The notes under the pieces are model-generated. The model searched no databases. It was not told the DNA's origin and saw nothing but the letters and a program-made list of their open reading frames with translations. Made by a program: the position numbers and the translations under genes. Shown in pieces: positions 42,601 through 52,433 of a stretch of 64,000 nt of DNA. The DNA is from a virus. Its lineage: Duplodnaviria > Caudoviricetes. Location of the stretch: positions 32,001-96,000 of the IMG/VR virus record IMGVR_UViG_3300037067_004891; one strand, 5' to 3'. Each line of letters starts with the position of its first letter. Within the stretch, counting starts at the first letter, position 1.

Positions 42601-43574
42601 AATGATGTTGTTTCACTAACAGACACACATTCAAAAGAAGTATTACTAAAAATCGTTGAACAAGATGAACCACTGTGAAAGATATTATATACATTATTAA
42701 GTGGACTTAATCCATTAAAATTATATCTAATAATAGAATTTTCAATATTAACAATTGTTAATATGTTAGTATTACTATTATAAACGCATCCCATATAATT
42801 ATTATCATTATATGTATAATTTAAAATAGTAGAACCATTAATTAATATGTTGATATCATTTGAACCATGAACATAAAGCACATAGTTATTGTTATTAACA
42901 CTTATTATTTCCGAATTTACTAATTTCAAATATGTTTTTCCTTTTATATCTAATGCACCATCACTTATATCTATAACACATTTTATCTCAGCGTCAATAT
43001 CCCAGATACTTTCAAATATAACATCTGATAAAGATATATTTGTGTTTTTATCTAAAATACATGTTGGTCTATTGGTTGTAGTAAATTGTATATCTTTTAT
43101 TTTTATAAAACCAAGTGTTTCACCACTTATTGTTAAATTACCTATAACTTTAACCATTGAAGAAGCAATACCTTGAACATATACATAGTTTTTCATAATT
43201 ATATCTTCGGTATAAATACCAGAACCAATCGATATAAAATATGGATTTTCACTTGAAGCATCAGTGACAGAATTTATCGCTTCCTGTATCGTATTATATG
43301 TAGCACCAGATTTTCTAACATATAGTTCATTTAATGCAATATCATAATAATTTATTGTTGCATTACTATATGCATTTATATATTCTACAATATTACCATT
43401 GATTAATCTAACTAATGTATTACCACTCAAATAATAGTCTAATTCATTTGACAAAGTTGCTTTGTTGAAATCATATAATTCAACAGTTTCTCCAGATGGT
43501 ATTACATATCCAAAATCTTTTAATTCTACTTCTCCATCCGATATATTTTTAATTATAAATACTTCTCTATCCAT
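36681..43574 (-). CDS. very large tail-fibre/structural protein (2297 aa)
   Basis: S/T/G/N-rich; beta-helix-like N-terminus, repeated GHTH/HSH motifs, internally duplicated ~450-aa module. Confidence 0.75.
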   Translation of the reverse strand: MDREVFIIKNISDGEVELKDFGYVIPSGETVELYDFNKATLSNELDYYLSGNTLVRLINGNIVEYINAYSNATINYYDIALNELYVRKSGATYNTIQEAINSVTDASSENPYFISIGSGIYTEDIIMKNYVYVQGIASSMVKVIGNLTISGETLGFIKIKDIQFTTTNRPTCILDKNTNISLSDVIFESIWDIDAEIKCVIDISDGALDIKGKTYLKLVNSEIISVNNNNYVLYVHGSNDINILINGSTILNYTYNDNNYMGCVYNSNTNILTIVNIENSIIRYNFNGLSPLNNVYNIFHSGSSCSTIFSNTSFECVSVSETTSLKFICGYNINSINSSSISILTCSISWNSFISDSEIYIGAVISTSDIIKVINTVFNTSTDTLPIIYTTEGNFGDIYYSIFNGNGTFYENNKLLTKTLLIGDENSINIDNISNVLSGNSTTTLVTEYAINNFVQGSEELIYHNNTGWTETPVTIKGYLDDITTSISISNGTGVINDINYISGLETYMLTITGGTGYINYSDVHKYITWSETTFNLDGYISNSYFVYVNTDGIVCVSDIEPNFYNNIYLGYLYYSDNKIVNVSDTPLILGNSSNRTLETLLNLGAFIIDNGGVLEVMTGNTLKISTSACQINFGVKKFNLSKIDSDDTENFKFVLIYLDISGKYSLDYYRMFNEKSGQIYTDRYNNINSVGFTTLSGYTGTFTSGSSIVTVSGDLTSILSNNHYIHLENDVYPLNTSLPAMTPISAVTYATGTTTILLESIYLGGGGNGNIIYFDSLPKIPTGKYVKHLFFRQLSDSLVFVTAQQYFNTYEEAVLGSLPPVEESSIKFIVKLAYIIVQEGDTSLSNKITDIRPLPFTYTYGSGGGNAGVTSHSTLTDLGNDDHLQYLRTDGTRVITDIISYNNNKPFTSDVDIISKKYADDNLILKSDSGHTHTNFNNNLTIIGDLVVSGTTIFLNTEELNVLDNMIYINSGETNSGVTKSIAGIEIDRGYLTNYRFVFDEPTETFRVGQIGSLQAIATREDTPIDGFIPVWNSSLFRLNTTINPNSLSLTGHTHEISDINNLQSTLDSKSNTGHTHLVTDIDNISTYYYDKNQTNSLLSGYTLIGHSHVVSSITDINTYYYNKTGVNNLLTGYSITGHTHTGNEISDLSSYTGLTNYYQSTTIDSLLDGKMNTGGTVLWSDIEFSGSTLTDIENRNAIDINYANAYWSINNVKDGLDDITSFINITNGTGRISPVDVLSGRLTQTLNVSGGTGYINYENFHKYITWSTQTFSLSAFTEGSYYVYINVNSIINISTVPPNSVYNITLGYFYYGGTFIGVIQQCGCLLNTALTSLMDYTIRQGVFIYDNGGNLNILSGSTQKVISLPCKMQYGLYSTQLGEISSNDANSFIFSNFYNSNDLDWEINYYFSIGSQGVIPTNRWNDITKNSSITITGYTLTFTQYSNTVTCSSDLTTLVTNSDHIYFSNDTNLYSTPISSVTWTGSQTNIFLESVYLGSGGSGTAIINSSMPKIPYGSYTKHIIVRSGDGAMYLLLGQTYFTTYDEAVIGVLPELPTSIIDAAIKIAAIVVNEGLTDLTGHIYDIRPLPYSYRLGGQSGGGGGVSSSHSQLTNLNADDHLQYLRTDGTRNILGIQQYDSHPSFSTDTDLIDKKYVDDNLFLKANSAHTHTSNEISNLSSYNDFTSYYLKTDINDFFSGTTSISGYNKTNWDSAYTNTHTHTNKSYLDSVGNNTIYHVGNINTNSVNLATDKLVIHTQVGASSIISGSDNGNISLHLDSSGGTFEINTYSSDNVYIATGGGNVAIGNPVFDVLNPERFLVQSYTDTKNIISAYANANTYIQLNIHNNNSGNFASSDIVATADNGSESDMYIDMGINSSTYNDPDYSIVDGNDSYLISNGGHLAIGTATSTKNLIFFTNGTTVEDEKMRIEYNGNIIIQNNLSVSGITLLGNETITGTLKVTGVTNLNNNLTVNGVTIINNSLTSNSAVINGNTSISGILITTGVTTIYGATNLKNILNVTGTTTHYGALNVNSSFSANSLDISGNVTVGGTLIVTGNTTFFNPATFNSSVSILSLYVSNNTSLYGTLFVSGSTSLNSNLYAYQNEYLTGNLYITGSTNLYNTLSLYIGNAKFYNNVYITGSTYLGDVTSGATQQNFTVIDNTTKKLANSGLKFNVYGSDFDYIQDLTSTSTTLVTPNYATKITLSTSTIPAGTYKITASAQVNKTTNAADLYIRIQVDGSNLGNIMQLELSDSSSWVQYTKVLFITFLTTTTHTITLQYSQESAGTTNIRDASLEIIRTS

Positions 43575-43578
43575 TTTT

Positions 43579-44166
43579 TTAATTTCGTTTACCTATTTCT
43601 ATAATAAGACTTATATTTTCTAATTCTGGTTCAACATTATTAGCTATTGCAATAGCATGTATGAAATTATATTGATTGAAATTTAAGTTGATATTGTTTA
43701 TATAAGTTTGTTTTGTTGCTGACGATATAGTTAATACAACTTTGTTTACAAGACTGTTGTTTATTCTTATTTCAATATTTCTATCAGCACCCATATTATT
43801 TGAATTATCAATCGTAGATGATAATATAACACCATCATAAGGTAATATAATTCCAGTGGTACTTGAGTGTACAACATCAGAGACACCCAAATATCCAGAA
43901 ACATTGGTTGGTATGATAGCTTTACCTAATATTAAAATCTCTCGTTTTAATGATATCCATTTAACTCTAACAACATCGTACATATATGGTTCATTATCAA
44001 TTGTATAAAAAAATAAATCACCATTTATAGGTTCGGAAGGAAAAAACATTCCTTTTTCTATTTGAGGATAATCAAAAAAAAATTTATTCGAACCATCAGA
44101 TAACAATGTTTTACCACTAAGTTCGTTATCAGATGTTAATTGTTTTATTTTTATTTTCGATGTCAT
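43579..44166 (-). CDS. virion structural/fibre-associated protein
   Basis: 'FPSEPINGDLFF...YMYD...W' fibre-type motif; KIKIKQ N-terminus like 62546-62986. Confidence 0.5.
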   Translation of the reverse strand: MTSKIKIKQLTSDNELSGKTLLSDGSNKFFFDYPQIEKGMFFPSEPINGDLFFYTIDNEPYMYDVVRVKWISLKREILILGKAIIPTNVSGYLGVSDVVHSSTTGIILPYDGVILSSTIDNSNNMGADRNIEIRINNSLVNKVVLTISSATKQTYINNINLNFNQYNFIHAIAIANNVEPELENISLIIEIGKRN

Positions 44167-44224
44167 TTACAGTTTTATGAAATTTTCAATTATATATTAA
44201 AACGAAAAAAAATAAATTAAACAA

Positions 44225-45577
44225 TTAAATTCCTTTTTCAACTTTATTAATTATTGGTAGTGGTTTTTCGTCCTTTTCGTCCTTTTTACCTTCTTTTTTC
44301 TTATCCTCGGATGAGTTTTCTTTCGATTTCATTTCTTTATCATCAATATAAAGTTTACCAGTGGTGTCAACATTATATTTTGTATCAAAGAAATCACTAA
44401 AATTTAACAAATTATTTTGCTGCGATAAATATTCTTTATTAACTTGTAATAATTCATCTAATGTATTATCTATCTTTTCTACAAGATTATTAAAAGCTAA
44501 CAAACTATCTTCTGTGAATATTCCAATTGTTTTCTTCTTCTTCTTGTTAAAGGAGTTTAAAATTATTTTAAAAACATATTCGATTTTTGGATGCATTTTT
44601 ATATTCTTAACAGTCTTTTTATTGTTTAAGAGATTATAATTTATTTTAAATTTATCTTCATTGAAAAATGATGGAATTACAAAATTCCATTGAATGATAT
44701 CATCTTTCATGTTTTCTATGTAGTCATTAAAAATTAATGACATAAAATCGACATACAATTTATCTTTTGTAATATTATATGATTTATATTTTTTGATGTC
44801 ATTTAATTGACAGAATTCTAAGAAATTTGTTAATATCAATGTATAAATTTGTAAATGTTCGGATGTATTATCTTTAACTATTTTTTGGTAAAGTGGATTC
44901 AAAATTTCAAATGTGTAATGAGTATCACCTTCTATTTTCATAATAATTTTTTCGAGATTATCATTATAATTACCGTTTTTCATAAGAAATGATGCTCTGG
45001 TTAAAGGATTTAAAATTTTATAAAAAAATTGGGCGAAATTTGTCTCTCCGAATACAAATTTTAAATCAGATTCTGATGTTGTAAGGAATAATGATATAAC
45101 TTCTATTTGTTTAGGATTTAATTTTCCTTTGAAAAGTATCGGTAGTGGTTCAACATCAAATAATTTTGCATATTCAAATACTTCATCTATATTATAAAAA
45201 TATCTCGAACCTTTTACAATACATGTTAATATCATATTATTTTTAGGTAACCTATTATATGTTATATGGGCTGGTTGTTTATCAGGAAAATACTCAAAAC
45301 AAAACCACCAGTTTGGACTTAATAGATTTGTGACATAATCAGGTAATGAGTGAAAATATAGATATGCAAAATTGTAATATTTTTGAGTTGCTAAATCTAT
45401 AAAATTCAAATCGTCATTTTTGACCGATTTGGGACGAATAATAAATTTTTCACCAGTCCAATTTACATAAATTCGGCTACCTTGAACATCCTCATAAATA
45501 ATTAATTGTTTGTTGCTGATTTTTTTCAGAAAGTGATTCCTTTCCGATTCCTCGTTTAATTTAACTAATTTTGTCAT
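44225..45577 (-). CDS. RNA-ligase-like nucleotidyltransferase-fold protein (degenerate)
   Basis: 'IYEDVQGS' at the motif I position, 'FCFEY', 'PLPILFKG', 'EKIIMK'. Confidence 0.45.
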   Translation of the reverse strand: MTKLVKLNEESERNHFLKKISNKQLIIYEDVQGSRIYVNWTGEKFIIRPKSVKNDDLNFIDLATQKYYNFAYLYFHSLPDYVTNLLSPNWWFCFEYFPDKQPAHITYNRLPKNNMILTCIVKGSRYFYNIDEVFEYAKLFDVEPLPILFKGKLNPKQIEVISLFLTTSESDLKFVFGETNFAQFFYKILNPLTRASFLMKNGNYNDNLEKIIMKIEGDTHYTFEILNPLYQKIVKDNTSEHLQIYTLILTNFLEFCQLNDIKKYKSYNITKDKLYVDFMSLIFNDYIENMKDDIIQWNFVIPSFFNEDKFKINYNLLNNKKTVKNIKMHPKIEYVFKIILNSFNKKKKKTIGIFTEDSLLAFNNLVEKIDNTLDELLQVNKEYLSQQNNLLNFSDFFDTKYNVDTTGKLYIDDKEMKSKENSSEDKKKEGKKDEKDEKPLPIINKVEKGI

Positions 45578-46452
45578 ATATAAATATTTTTGTTTTTATA
45601 TTTACTTCTATATATTTAAATAATAAGGTGTAATTTTTTTATTTGTAATAAAAAAGTTTATTTTTGTAGTTTTCTTTCACAAAAATATAAATACAAAATA
45701 CAAAACAGTGGAAATTAATTATTTTTATTTCTTATTTAAATTAAGAAAACCTATTCAATTATTGAAGAATGAAGTTTTTGTGAGAATATTAATGATCTTA
45801 AATGAAATTGAAATATTAGAAAAATATTTTTTAATAGACCTTCGTAAAGCAAAAATAAAACATATATTAAATGATTAACTTAATTTGTTATAAAATTAAA
45901 TGGTTCTGGTATAAATGTGTGTTTACACCATATATTTTTTATTTTTGGTATTTCATTACAATAATTTTTATATATGCTATAAAACCTATTAGTCTTAATT
46001 TATTGTTTTTATTTTTTGGATTTGTATGTATTTTAAAACCAATTCGAATACGATTATTTTATTTATATTTTCAAAAAATTCATATAGATCATATTATTGG
46101 TAATTATTCTTTTGATTATACAAAATTTTTAATTAACAAATTTGATAAATCTTTAGATTTATTTGTACATGTTCAAAATAAACTTGGACAAGATATTATA
46201 AAAGTTGATTATTTAAGATATTCGAATGATATTCGTAACATAATTAAAACAAAAAATAAAGAAAAATATATTCTATTATTGTTTCAAAAATTAAATATGA
46301 CCAACCGATTAGATGATACAACTAATAAAAAATTAAAATATTATAGTAGAATGGATAAAATTAAAAGTATATTATAAATGATAAGGGACTTTTGTTACAA
46401 ATATATTAATTCAGCTTTTTCATTTTTAGGTGCATATTTTATAATATTTTAT

Positions 46453-46499
46453 AATTTTATGAAAGAAAACCGCTAAATCTTTAGTTTAGCGGTGGTTCA
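46453..46499 (+). mobile_element. miniature IS200/IS605 derivative (PATE-like)
   Basis: Preceded by TTTAT; hairpin ACCGCTAAA-TCTTTAG-TTTAGCGGT; ends TTCA. Confidence 0.8.
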
Positions 46500-46613
46500 T
46501 TCCTTAATATTCTGGAATTGGAGAGAAACCTACACATTGGATATGGAAGTTATTATTAAAGAAATAGCAGGGAAATCTGTTTGGATTGATATGACATTTA
46601 CAATTGATTAAAC

Positions 46614-47081
46614 CTATCCAATTTCTTCTGCTGGTTTGGCAACTTGTTTAACATCAGTAGTTGTAGTAGTTGCTGCTGGTTCATCTGGATTTTCTGGGTC
46701 GCCATTAGGTTTATATGCTTTACCTAAGATATAAGCACTAACAAATGGTGTTAAAGCTCCAAAATAAGCCGATAAATTTACAAAATCTGCATTAGTTAAT
46801 AATCCAGTAACACCTAAAGCTGTCCATAGAAAAACAGTTACATAAATCATCTTTTCTCTTGATGATGTTCTCCCAGTTGCAAATATCGAACTCGATGAAG
46901 ATTTTCTAACACTTTCACCCCATATATAAGCTGAGACGAAACCTGTCAAAGAAAGAAAATATACAGCCATTTGTGCATATGAAACTGGATAAAAAGCTAC
47001 TGCTACACCAAATAATATCCACAGTATAACTGTAATATAAATTAATATTTCTCTTTTTTCATTCGTTAAATCTAAAGCCAT
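46614..47081 (-). CDS. four-TM membrane protein with internal duplication (holin-like)
   Basis: Two repeats 'RE..IY.TV.LW...YF..LT.FVSAYI.G'. Confidence 0.55.
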   Translation of the reverse strand: MALDLTNEKREILIYITVILWILFGVAVAFYPVSYAQMAVYFLSLTGFVSAYIWGESVRKSSSSSIFATGRTSSREKMIYVTVFLWTALGVTGLLTNADFVNLSAYFGALTPFVSAYILGKAYKPNGDPENPDEPAATTTTTDVKQVAKPAEEIG

Positions 47082-47223
47082 CTTCTTGAAATATTTTTTT
47101 TATTTTTGATTTTCTTATTAACGGGTCGTTTTCAAATAAAGAAGCAATTTTATACATCAGTATTTTTTTATGCTCTTCACTTATGTTAATAAGTTCATCA
47201 ATCATATAGGTATATATTAAATT

Positions 47224-47538
47224 TTAAAACATTTTTAATGACATATTATTAGCCAAATTAAGTGCTTCTTCATAATTTTTATTATCTGGATATAACTCGC
47301 ATAATTGTTTAATTGATTCTATAATCATATTCTTATTTTTTAAACTTTTTATACCTCTACCTATAATAGTGTATTCAAATCCGTTGAAAATTTCTTGGGC
47401 AGATAAATTATATGAATTTATATTTTCCAATTCATCTTTTGTAGGTAACCTATATATGGTTTTTTGAAAAATTTCAGGTGATTTATCATTAGGTTTAAAT
47501 GTAAAATTTTCATTTAAAAATTCTAAGTATTTTTTCAT
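47224..47538 (-). CDS. protein with capsid-targeting-like N-terminus
   Basis: MKKYLEFLNE. Confidence 0.5.
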   Translation of the reverse strand: MKKYLEFLNENFTFKPNDKSPEIFQKTIYRLPTKDELENINSYNLSAQEIFNGFEYTIIGRGIKSLKNKNMIIESIKQLCELYPDNKNYEEALNLANNMSLKMF

Positions 47539-47540
47539 TA

Positions 47541-49112
47541 TTAAGTATTTAATTTTAAAGTTGCTTTAATTACACCAGAATTATATATTTTATATTTTTT
47601 CTTATTTTTTAAAAATATTTTTTTTTCGTCATTCTTATTAAAAATTAATTTTGATTTTAATTTATTATTGGAAATGTAATATTTATAAGTCAGTTTATTA
47701 AAAATATTAAAACCCATTTGCTTAAAATTATTTACATTTTCAAAATCTAAATTAATATATGTTATAATATTATTTGGTATATATTTTATCAAAAAATAAT
47801 TAATCATATCATTATGAATTTTTATTGTATGATTAGTATAATTTTTATTACATATAATCATTTCATAATCATTTAATTTTAATTTTTTGAAACATATCAC
47901 AAGTGTTACTATATCATTGTTTATTAAACCAATGTTAATATCTGAATTTATATTTTCAACTAAATTGTTTTCTTTTAAAAAGGTATCTGTTGATTTTTTA
48001 TTTATTTCTATTATATCGCCTTCATTAATAATATTTTTTTCTATGTTCAATAAATTTAATAAATATGATTTAGAAATATCATTTTTATATTTCCAATCGT
48101 CTTCATAAATGAAATATAAATCGATTCCATGCTTTTTAAAAAACTCTTTTTTATTTTTATGATAGTCATCAAGTTTGTTTATATTATTATGCCACCATAA
48201 ACCATTAATTTCTATCCCTATTTTTAAAGACGGTATATATACATCTATTTCTTTGTTTTCTATTCTATAATTATTTATAATATTTATATATTTTTTAATG
48301 AAATCACAAATATTAATTTCTAATCCCGATTTAAGATTGTAATACAAACTATTACATTTTGTGCATAATATTGTTTCACATTTCAGTCTTCGATTTAATG
48401 TATCTGGGTGTATGTCGAAATTGTGATTTTTATTATTATCACATTTTATATTATATAAGATTTTATTATTTTTTTTATATATTTCATTTATATAAATATT
48501 ATATTTTTTCTTGAAATATAATATTGTTAAATCTTGTTGTGGTTTACTGCCTCTATAATAAACAACGTTATCATAAAAATATTCAGATTCAACAAAATTC
48601 TCATTACCATATTTTTCTAAGTTTGTTTTTTTCTTTTTTTCTTTAAACTCTAAAACTTGTGATGGATTCGATACACCATATTTTTTTATAAATTTTTTCT
48701 TTAATTCTATTCTTTCTTTTTCACATTTGAAAATACAGTCAACACCATATTTTTCAATTAAAGATTTTTTTATTTGTTCATAGTTATTATAATTTTCATC
48801 TCCATATTTTTCTAATTTTGTTTTTCTATTTTTATCATAGGCACATTTAGTTGAACAGGTATAGTAATTATATTTTTCAATAGAATCATTATAATATCTA
48901 TATTGAATTTTTTTAATGTTTCCACAAATATCACATTTCACATTAACTTCAACATGTGATTTTTTACTTAATAACAAAATCGGAATATTAATAATATCAT
49001 TTATTTTAACATCATGTCCATTTTTTCTCAACAATAATATGTTTTTTGTATGGACTCTAACAGAAACAACATTATCAACTAACATTAAATATTGTTTTTT
49101 TTGTTTCAGCAC
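47541..49112 (-). CDS. Hef-like/PD-(D/E)XK homing endonuclease with KYG repeats
   Basis: 'LEKYG..N' repeats; 'EIDVYIPSLKIGIEINGLWWH'. Confidence 0.75.
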   Translation of the reverse strand: MLKQKKQYLMLVDNVVSVRVHTKNILLLRKNGHDVKINDIINIPILLLSKKSHVEVNVKCDICGNIKKIQYRYYNDSIEKYNYYTCSTKCAYDKNRKTKLEKYGDENYNNYEQIKKSLIEKYGVDCIFKCEKERIELKKKFIKKYGVSNPSQVLEFKEKKKKTNLEKYGNENFVESEYFYDNVVYYRGSKPQQDLTILYFKKKYNIYINEIYKKNNKILYNIKCDNNKNHNFDIHPDTLNRRLKCETILCTKCNSLYYNLKSGLEINICDFIKKYINIINNYRIENKEIDVYIPSLKIGIEINGLWWHNNINKLDDYHKNKKEFFKKHGIDLYFIYEDDWKYKNDISKSYLLNLLNIEKNIINEGDIIEINKKSTDTFLKENNLVENINSDINIGLINNDIVTLVICFKKLKLNDYEMIICNKNYTNHTIKIHNDMINYFLIKYIPNNIITYINLDFENVNNFKQMGFNIFNKLTYKYYISNNKLKSKLIFNKNDEKKIFLKNKKKYKIYNSGVIKATLKLNT

Positions 49113-50301
49113 TGTAAATATACTTGTGATTTAATAAAGATTTAATTCCCATTGATTTACAAGCTACAAAAATATCATTTAAACATTCAAAATCTGCCCC
49201 TCCGACAAGTATAATTGTTTTACCTTTTAATTGATTAAATAATTTTAATAAATCATCGTTTATAAAGAACCAATCGTGATTATTTTTAACCCTTACAAAT
49301 ATATCATCCGAATCTATTTGTATTTGTTGACCTTCAATACTATCATTTTTTAATTTTTCTAATTTGTTTTGAACGTCTTTTTCTAAAAATTTTTTTCCGA
49401 ATTTTTTATTGATAGAACCTTTTTGGTTAGGGAATTTAAAAGTTGGTGCGACTGCATCATGAGAATCCCATATCTGATAAACTTCTTTAAATTCTTTGCA
49501 ATATTCAAATAATTCTTTAACCATATTATCTGGTATATAATCACCGAATTCTTTTTGAACATCAACAATTAATAATATGCCATCATGGTTTTTTAAACTC
49601 AAATCTTCATTAATGAAATTAGAGTATAATTCTGTAATTTCGGAAACTTCTGTAATTTCGCCATTTTCAACTATATGGATTTTTTTATATTCGAGTTCTC
49701 CATGAACAATACATTCATGTTCATCTCCATCGATGTTATATATATAAATATCATTAAACGGAATATCAGTTTCTATTATAAAACCTTTCTGTTCAGATTC
49801 ATTTTTCCATCTTCCACCTACAAAACCATATTGTGTAAATCTTAATGCTATATTTTTATCTAAAGTGAAAGATTTGTATTTATTTTTAGCTAAATATTCT
49901 AAATTTTCATAATAATTTTTTGGAACACCTCTAAAAATAGTAACCGATTTATTTTTTATGAAATCCATTGGGTTATCTATTTCTATGCCATATTCTTTCT
50001 TTAAAAATATTGTAAGGTCACCCCACCCATGAGCATACATGTAGATTTTTTCACTGAAAGATATATTTTTTGGTATTATATTGTGATTATGTAATTCAAC
50101 AAACAATCTGTCATGTGCGTGTTCCAATTCATTTTCGTCCAGTACAGAATTGACCCATTTTTTTATAAAATTCCAATATGGATAGAATGATTTTGTGCAA
50201 TTAAGAGACTTTAATAAATTATTATAATCTTCCCAAAATTCTGGGTTGTTCAAATTGAAGTCTAAAGTTTCATTTAAAAAATCGTGATAATTTAAAATCA
50301 T
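49075..50301 (-). CDS. fusion: ADP-ribosyltransferase-like domain plus isochorismatase/nicotinamidase-like domain
   Basis: 'IFRG...KSFT...EHE' (R-S-E ART pattern); 'LLIVDVQKEF...WDSH...VGGADFEC'. Confidence 0.6.
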   Translation of the reverse strand: MILNYHDFLNETLDFNLNNPEFWEDYNNLLKSLNCTKSFYPYWNFIKKWVNSVLDENELEHAHDRLFVELHNHNIIPKNISFSEKIYMYAHGWGDLTIFLKKEYGIEIDNPMDFIKNKSVTIFRGVPKNYYENLEYLAKNKYKSFTLDKNIALRFTQYGFVGGRWKNESEQKGFIIETDIPFNDIYIYNIDGDEHECIVHGELEYKKIHIVENGEITEVSEITELYSNFINEDLSLKNHDGILLIVDVQKEFGDYIPDNMVKELFEYCKEFKEVYQIWDSHDAVAPTFKFPNQKGSINKKFGKKFLEKDVQNKLEKLKNDSIEGQQIQIDSDDIFVRVKNNHDWFFINDDLLKLFNQLKGKTIILVGGADFECLNDIFVACKSMGIKSLLNHKYIYSAETKKTIFNVS

Positions 50302-50312
50302 ATTTAAAAATA

Positions 50313-51068
50313 TTATTTACTCATATAAAACCAAGCAACTTTTGATTCTTTCTGAATTGTTTCTTCAATAGTAGTTATTCTTTCACTTGCTTCTGAAATA
50401 ATATCAGAAGCATTATATTGAAATGAACCTGGCATATTGAAGGAATATCTACCTAATAATTGACCCATTCTTTTTTGTGAATATGCCATCACATAATCTT
50501 TGAATAATTGATTATCAAATAATGATTCTTGCTCAATTCTAACCCACACTTCTAACATTAAATCGTTTCTCAATTCATCGAGAATAGTTAATCTTTTATT
50601 AACATGATTATAATGAAATTTAGTAAAATTTCTTGCTAATTTATTTACTTCGTCAGAAAATGCACTTAAAATTTGACGATACGTAGCGAGTTCGCCCACG
50701 TTCGTGACAAAACTGGTTAAAAATGGCTGATTAGTAACCCCGAAATTAATTGATAAATTCGGAGCTTGTATACCAATCCGAAAAAGAGAGGGATCATCAA
50801 CATTCATAATACGAACAAGTCCTTCAACTTCTTCTGGTAATTGTATATATTGTTCACCAGTGCATTGTAATTTTGTTAAACAAGACCTATTTAACTTATA
50901 ATATGTTTTCAATAATGCAAATTGATAGTTTTTATAAAAAAATTCTAAACAGTGTTCTTTTATCAAACGTTTTATTTCTTTATCAGGTAATACTTTTGGT
51001 AAAGTTCCAGAAAATGTCAAATCAGCTTGAACTATATCTATTAATTGTTCTAAAGGAATTTTTGCCAT
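50313..51068 (-). CDS. neck protein, T4 gp13-like
   Basis: C-terminal 'KDYVMA...MGQLLGRYSFNMPGSFQYNASDIISEA'. Confidence 0.72.
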   Translation of the reverse strand: MAKIPLEQLIDIVQADLTFSGTLPKVLPDKEIKRLIKEHCLEFFYKNYQFALLKTYYKLNRSCLTKLQCTGEQYIQLPEEVEGLVRIMNVDDPSLFRIGIQAPNLSINFGVTNQPFLTSFVTNVGELATYRQILSAFSDEVNKLARNFTKFHYNHVNKRLTILDELRNDLMLEVWVRIEQESLFDNQLFKDYVMAYSQKRMGQLLGRYSFNMPGSFQYNASDIISEASERITTIEETIQKESKVAWFYMSK

Positions 51069-51223
51069 ATTATAAACTTTTTTGTTTTATGAGTATATAT
51101 ATTAAAAACAAAAGATTAAAAATAAATGATTAAAAATAATAATGTGATTTATGTTTATATTTAATTACATTATTATTTTTTTATATTTAGAAAAATAGTA
51201 TATTTGAAAAAAAAACATATTAT

Positions 51224-52147
51224 ATGAAATGTGATTTTAATGATAACGATTTAAAGAATCTAAATGAAATAAAAAATTTCTTAGAAGAAAACGATATTGA
51301 ATATAGCACAAAATATGATAATTTCTGTTTGTGGTATGACAATCCTGAAGGTAAAAGATCATATGAAATTGTATATGTACCATCATTACAATATCCAATG
51401 GCATATCATAATTTTAATATTGAAGGTGTTGATAAAGATTACTTTTTTAAATTAAGTTACAAAGCTGAAAACGAAAATAATTCATTTAAATTATGGGTGA
51501 AAGATTATGAATGGGAAAATTTAAACAAAAAAGAAGTTCTCAAATCCTATATTTTATATGCTGCTAATAAAATTCAAAAAAGATGGTATGCAAGAGAATG
51601 TGAAATAAGAGTCGTTGATTCGAAAGATGGTAGTGATTTTGAATTGGAAAATTGTTTTTATGGCAAAAGAGGTGCAACTCTAAGATTAGGGTTATACTCC
51701 AAAAAAGAAAAATATGGTATTCCTATTGGCTCATTATTAATGATATATACATTTGGTAAAAATTTCTTCGCTAAGAAAGATGGTATTATCGAAGTAATAA
51801 GAGTTGGTACTATGAAATATTGTCAAGTTATTGGTGGAGCATCTAAATTATTAAATCATTTTTTAAAAAACTATAAAACCCTAAAAATAGGAAAAGAAAC
51901 AGTTAAAGTTAAACAACTCAAATTCTATTCTGATTATGATCATAATATTGGTGGTAGTATGGATAATTTAGGTTTTGAGTTTCAAGGTTATTCAGGTGGT
52001 GGTTTTATGAACTATTGGGTGGAAGAAAAAGTTGTTAAGCATAGACAACCTATGAAACATAAATGGGTAATGGAACAAAAAATGTTGGGAAAATGTTTTG
52101 CAATACCAAATTCTGGTGTAAAAATTTACATTTTAAATGTAGAATAA
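51224..52147 (+). CDS. Hef-like endonuclease-associated domain protein
   Basis: 'YARECEIR', 'VIGGASKLLNHF', 'YSD...G...LGF', 'NSG'. Confidence 0.6.
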   Translation: MKCDFNDNDLKNLNEIKNFLEENDIEYSTKYDNFCLWYDNPEGKRSYEIVYVPSLQYPMAYHNFNIEGVDKDYFFKLSYKAENENNSFKLWVKDYEWENLNKKEVLKSYILYAANKIQKRWYARECEIRVVDSKDGSDFELENCFYGKRGATLRLGLYSKKEKYGIPIGSLLMIYTFGKNFFAKKDGIIEVIRVGTMKYCQVIGGASKLLNHFLKNYKTLKIGKETVKVKQLKFYSDYDHNIGGSMDNLGFEFQGYSGGGFMNYWVEEKVVKHRQPMKHKWVMEQKMLGKCFAIPNSGVKIYILNVE

Positions 52148-52433
52148 ATAATATATTTAAAAAATAATATATATAAAAAAATAAAACAAATATCTATGAA
52201 AAACAAATTAAATAATTTACAAACATTTGAACAACATACAATTGAAAAAAATGATAAAGAATCAACCAAAATAGAAGTTGTATGTAGTGATTGTGGAAAG
52301 AAATTTAAAACAACACAAGCATGGTTCGATGTCAGAAATAAAGATGGAAAACTTCCTTGTAGAAAATGTAGATTTTCTAAATTTCCCCCAAAGAAAGAAA
52401 AACCTGCGGAAGATAAACCAGCCGAAGAAAAAA

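Noticed and set aside
37291-43176. Several + strand ORFs inside the 2297-aa gene
   Set aside because: Antisense shadows of a codon-biased long gene
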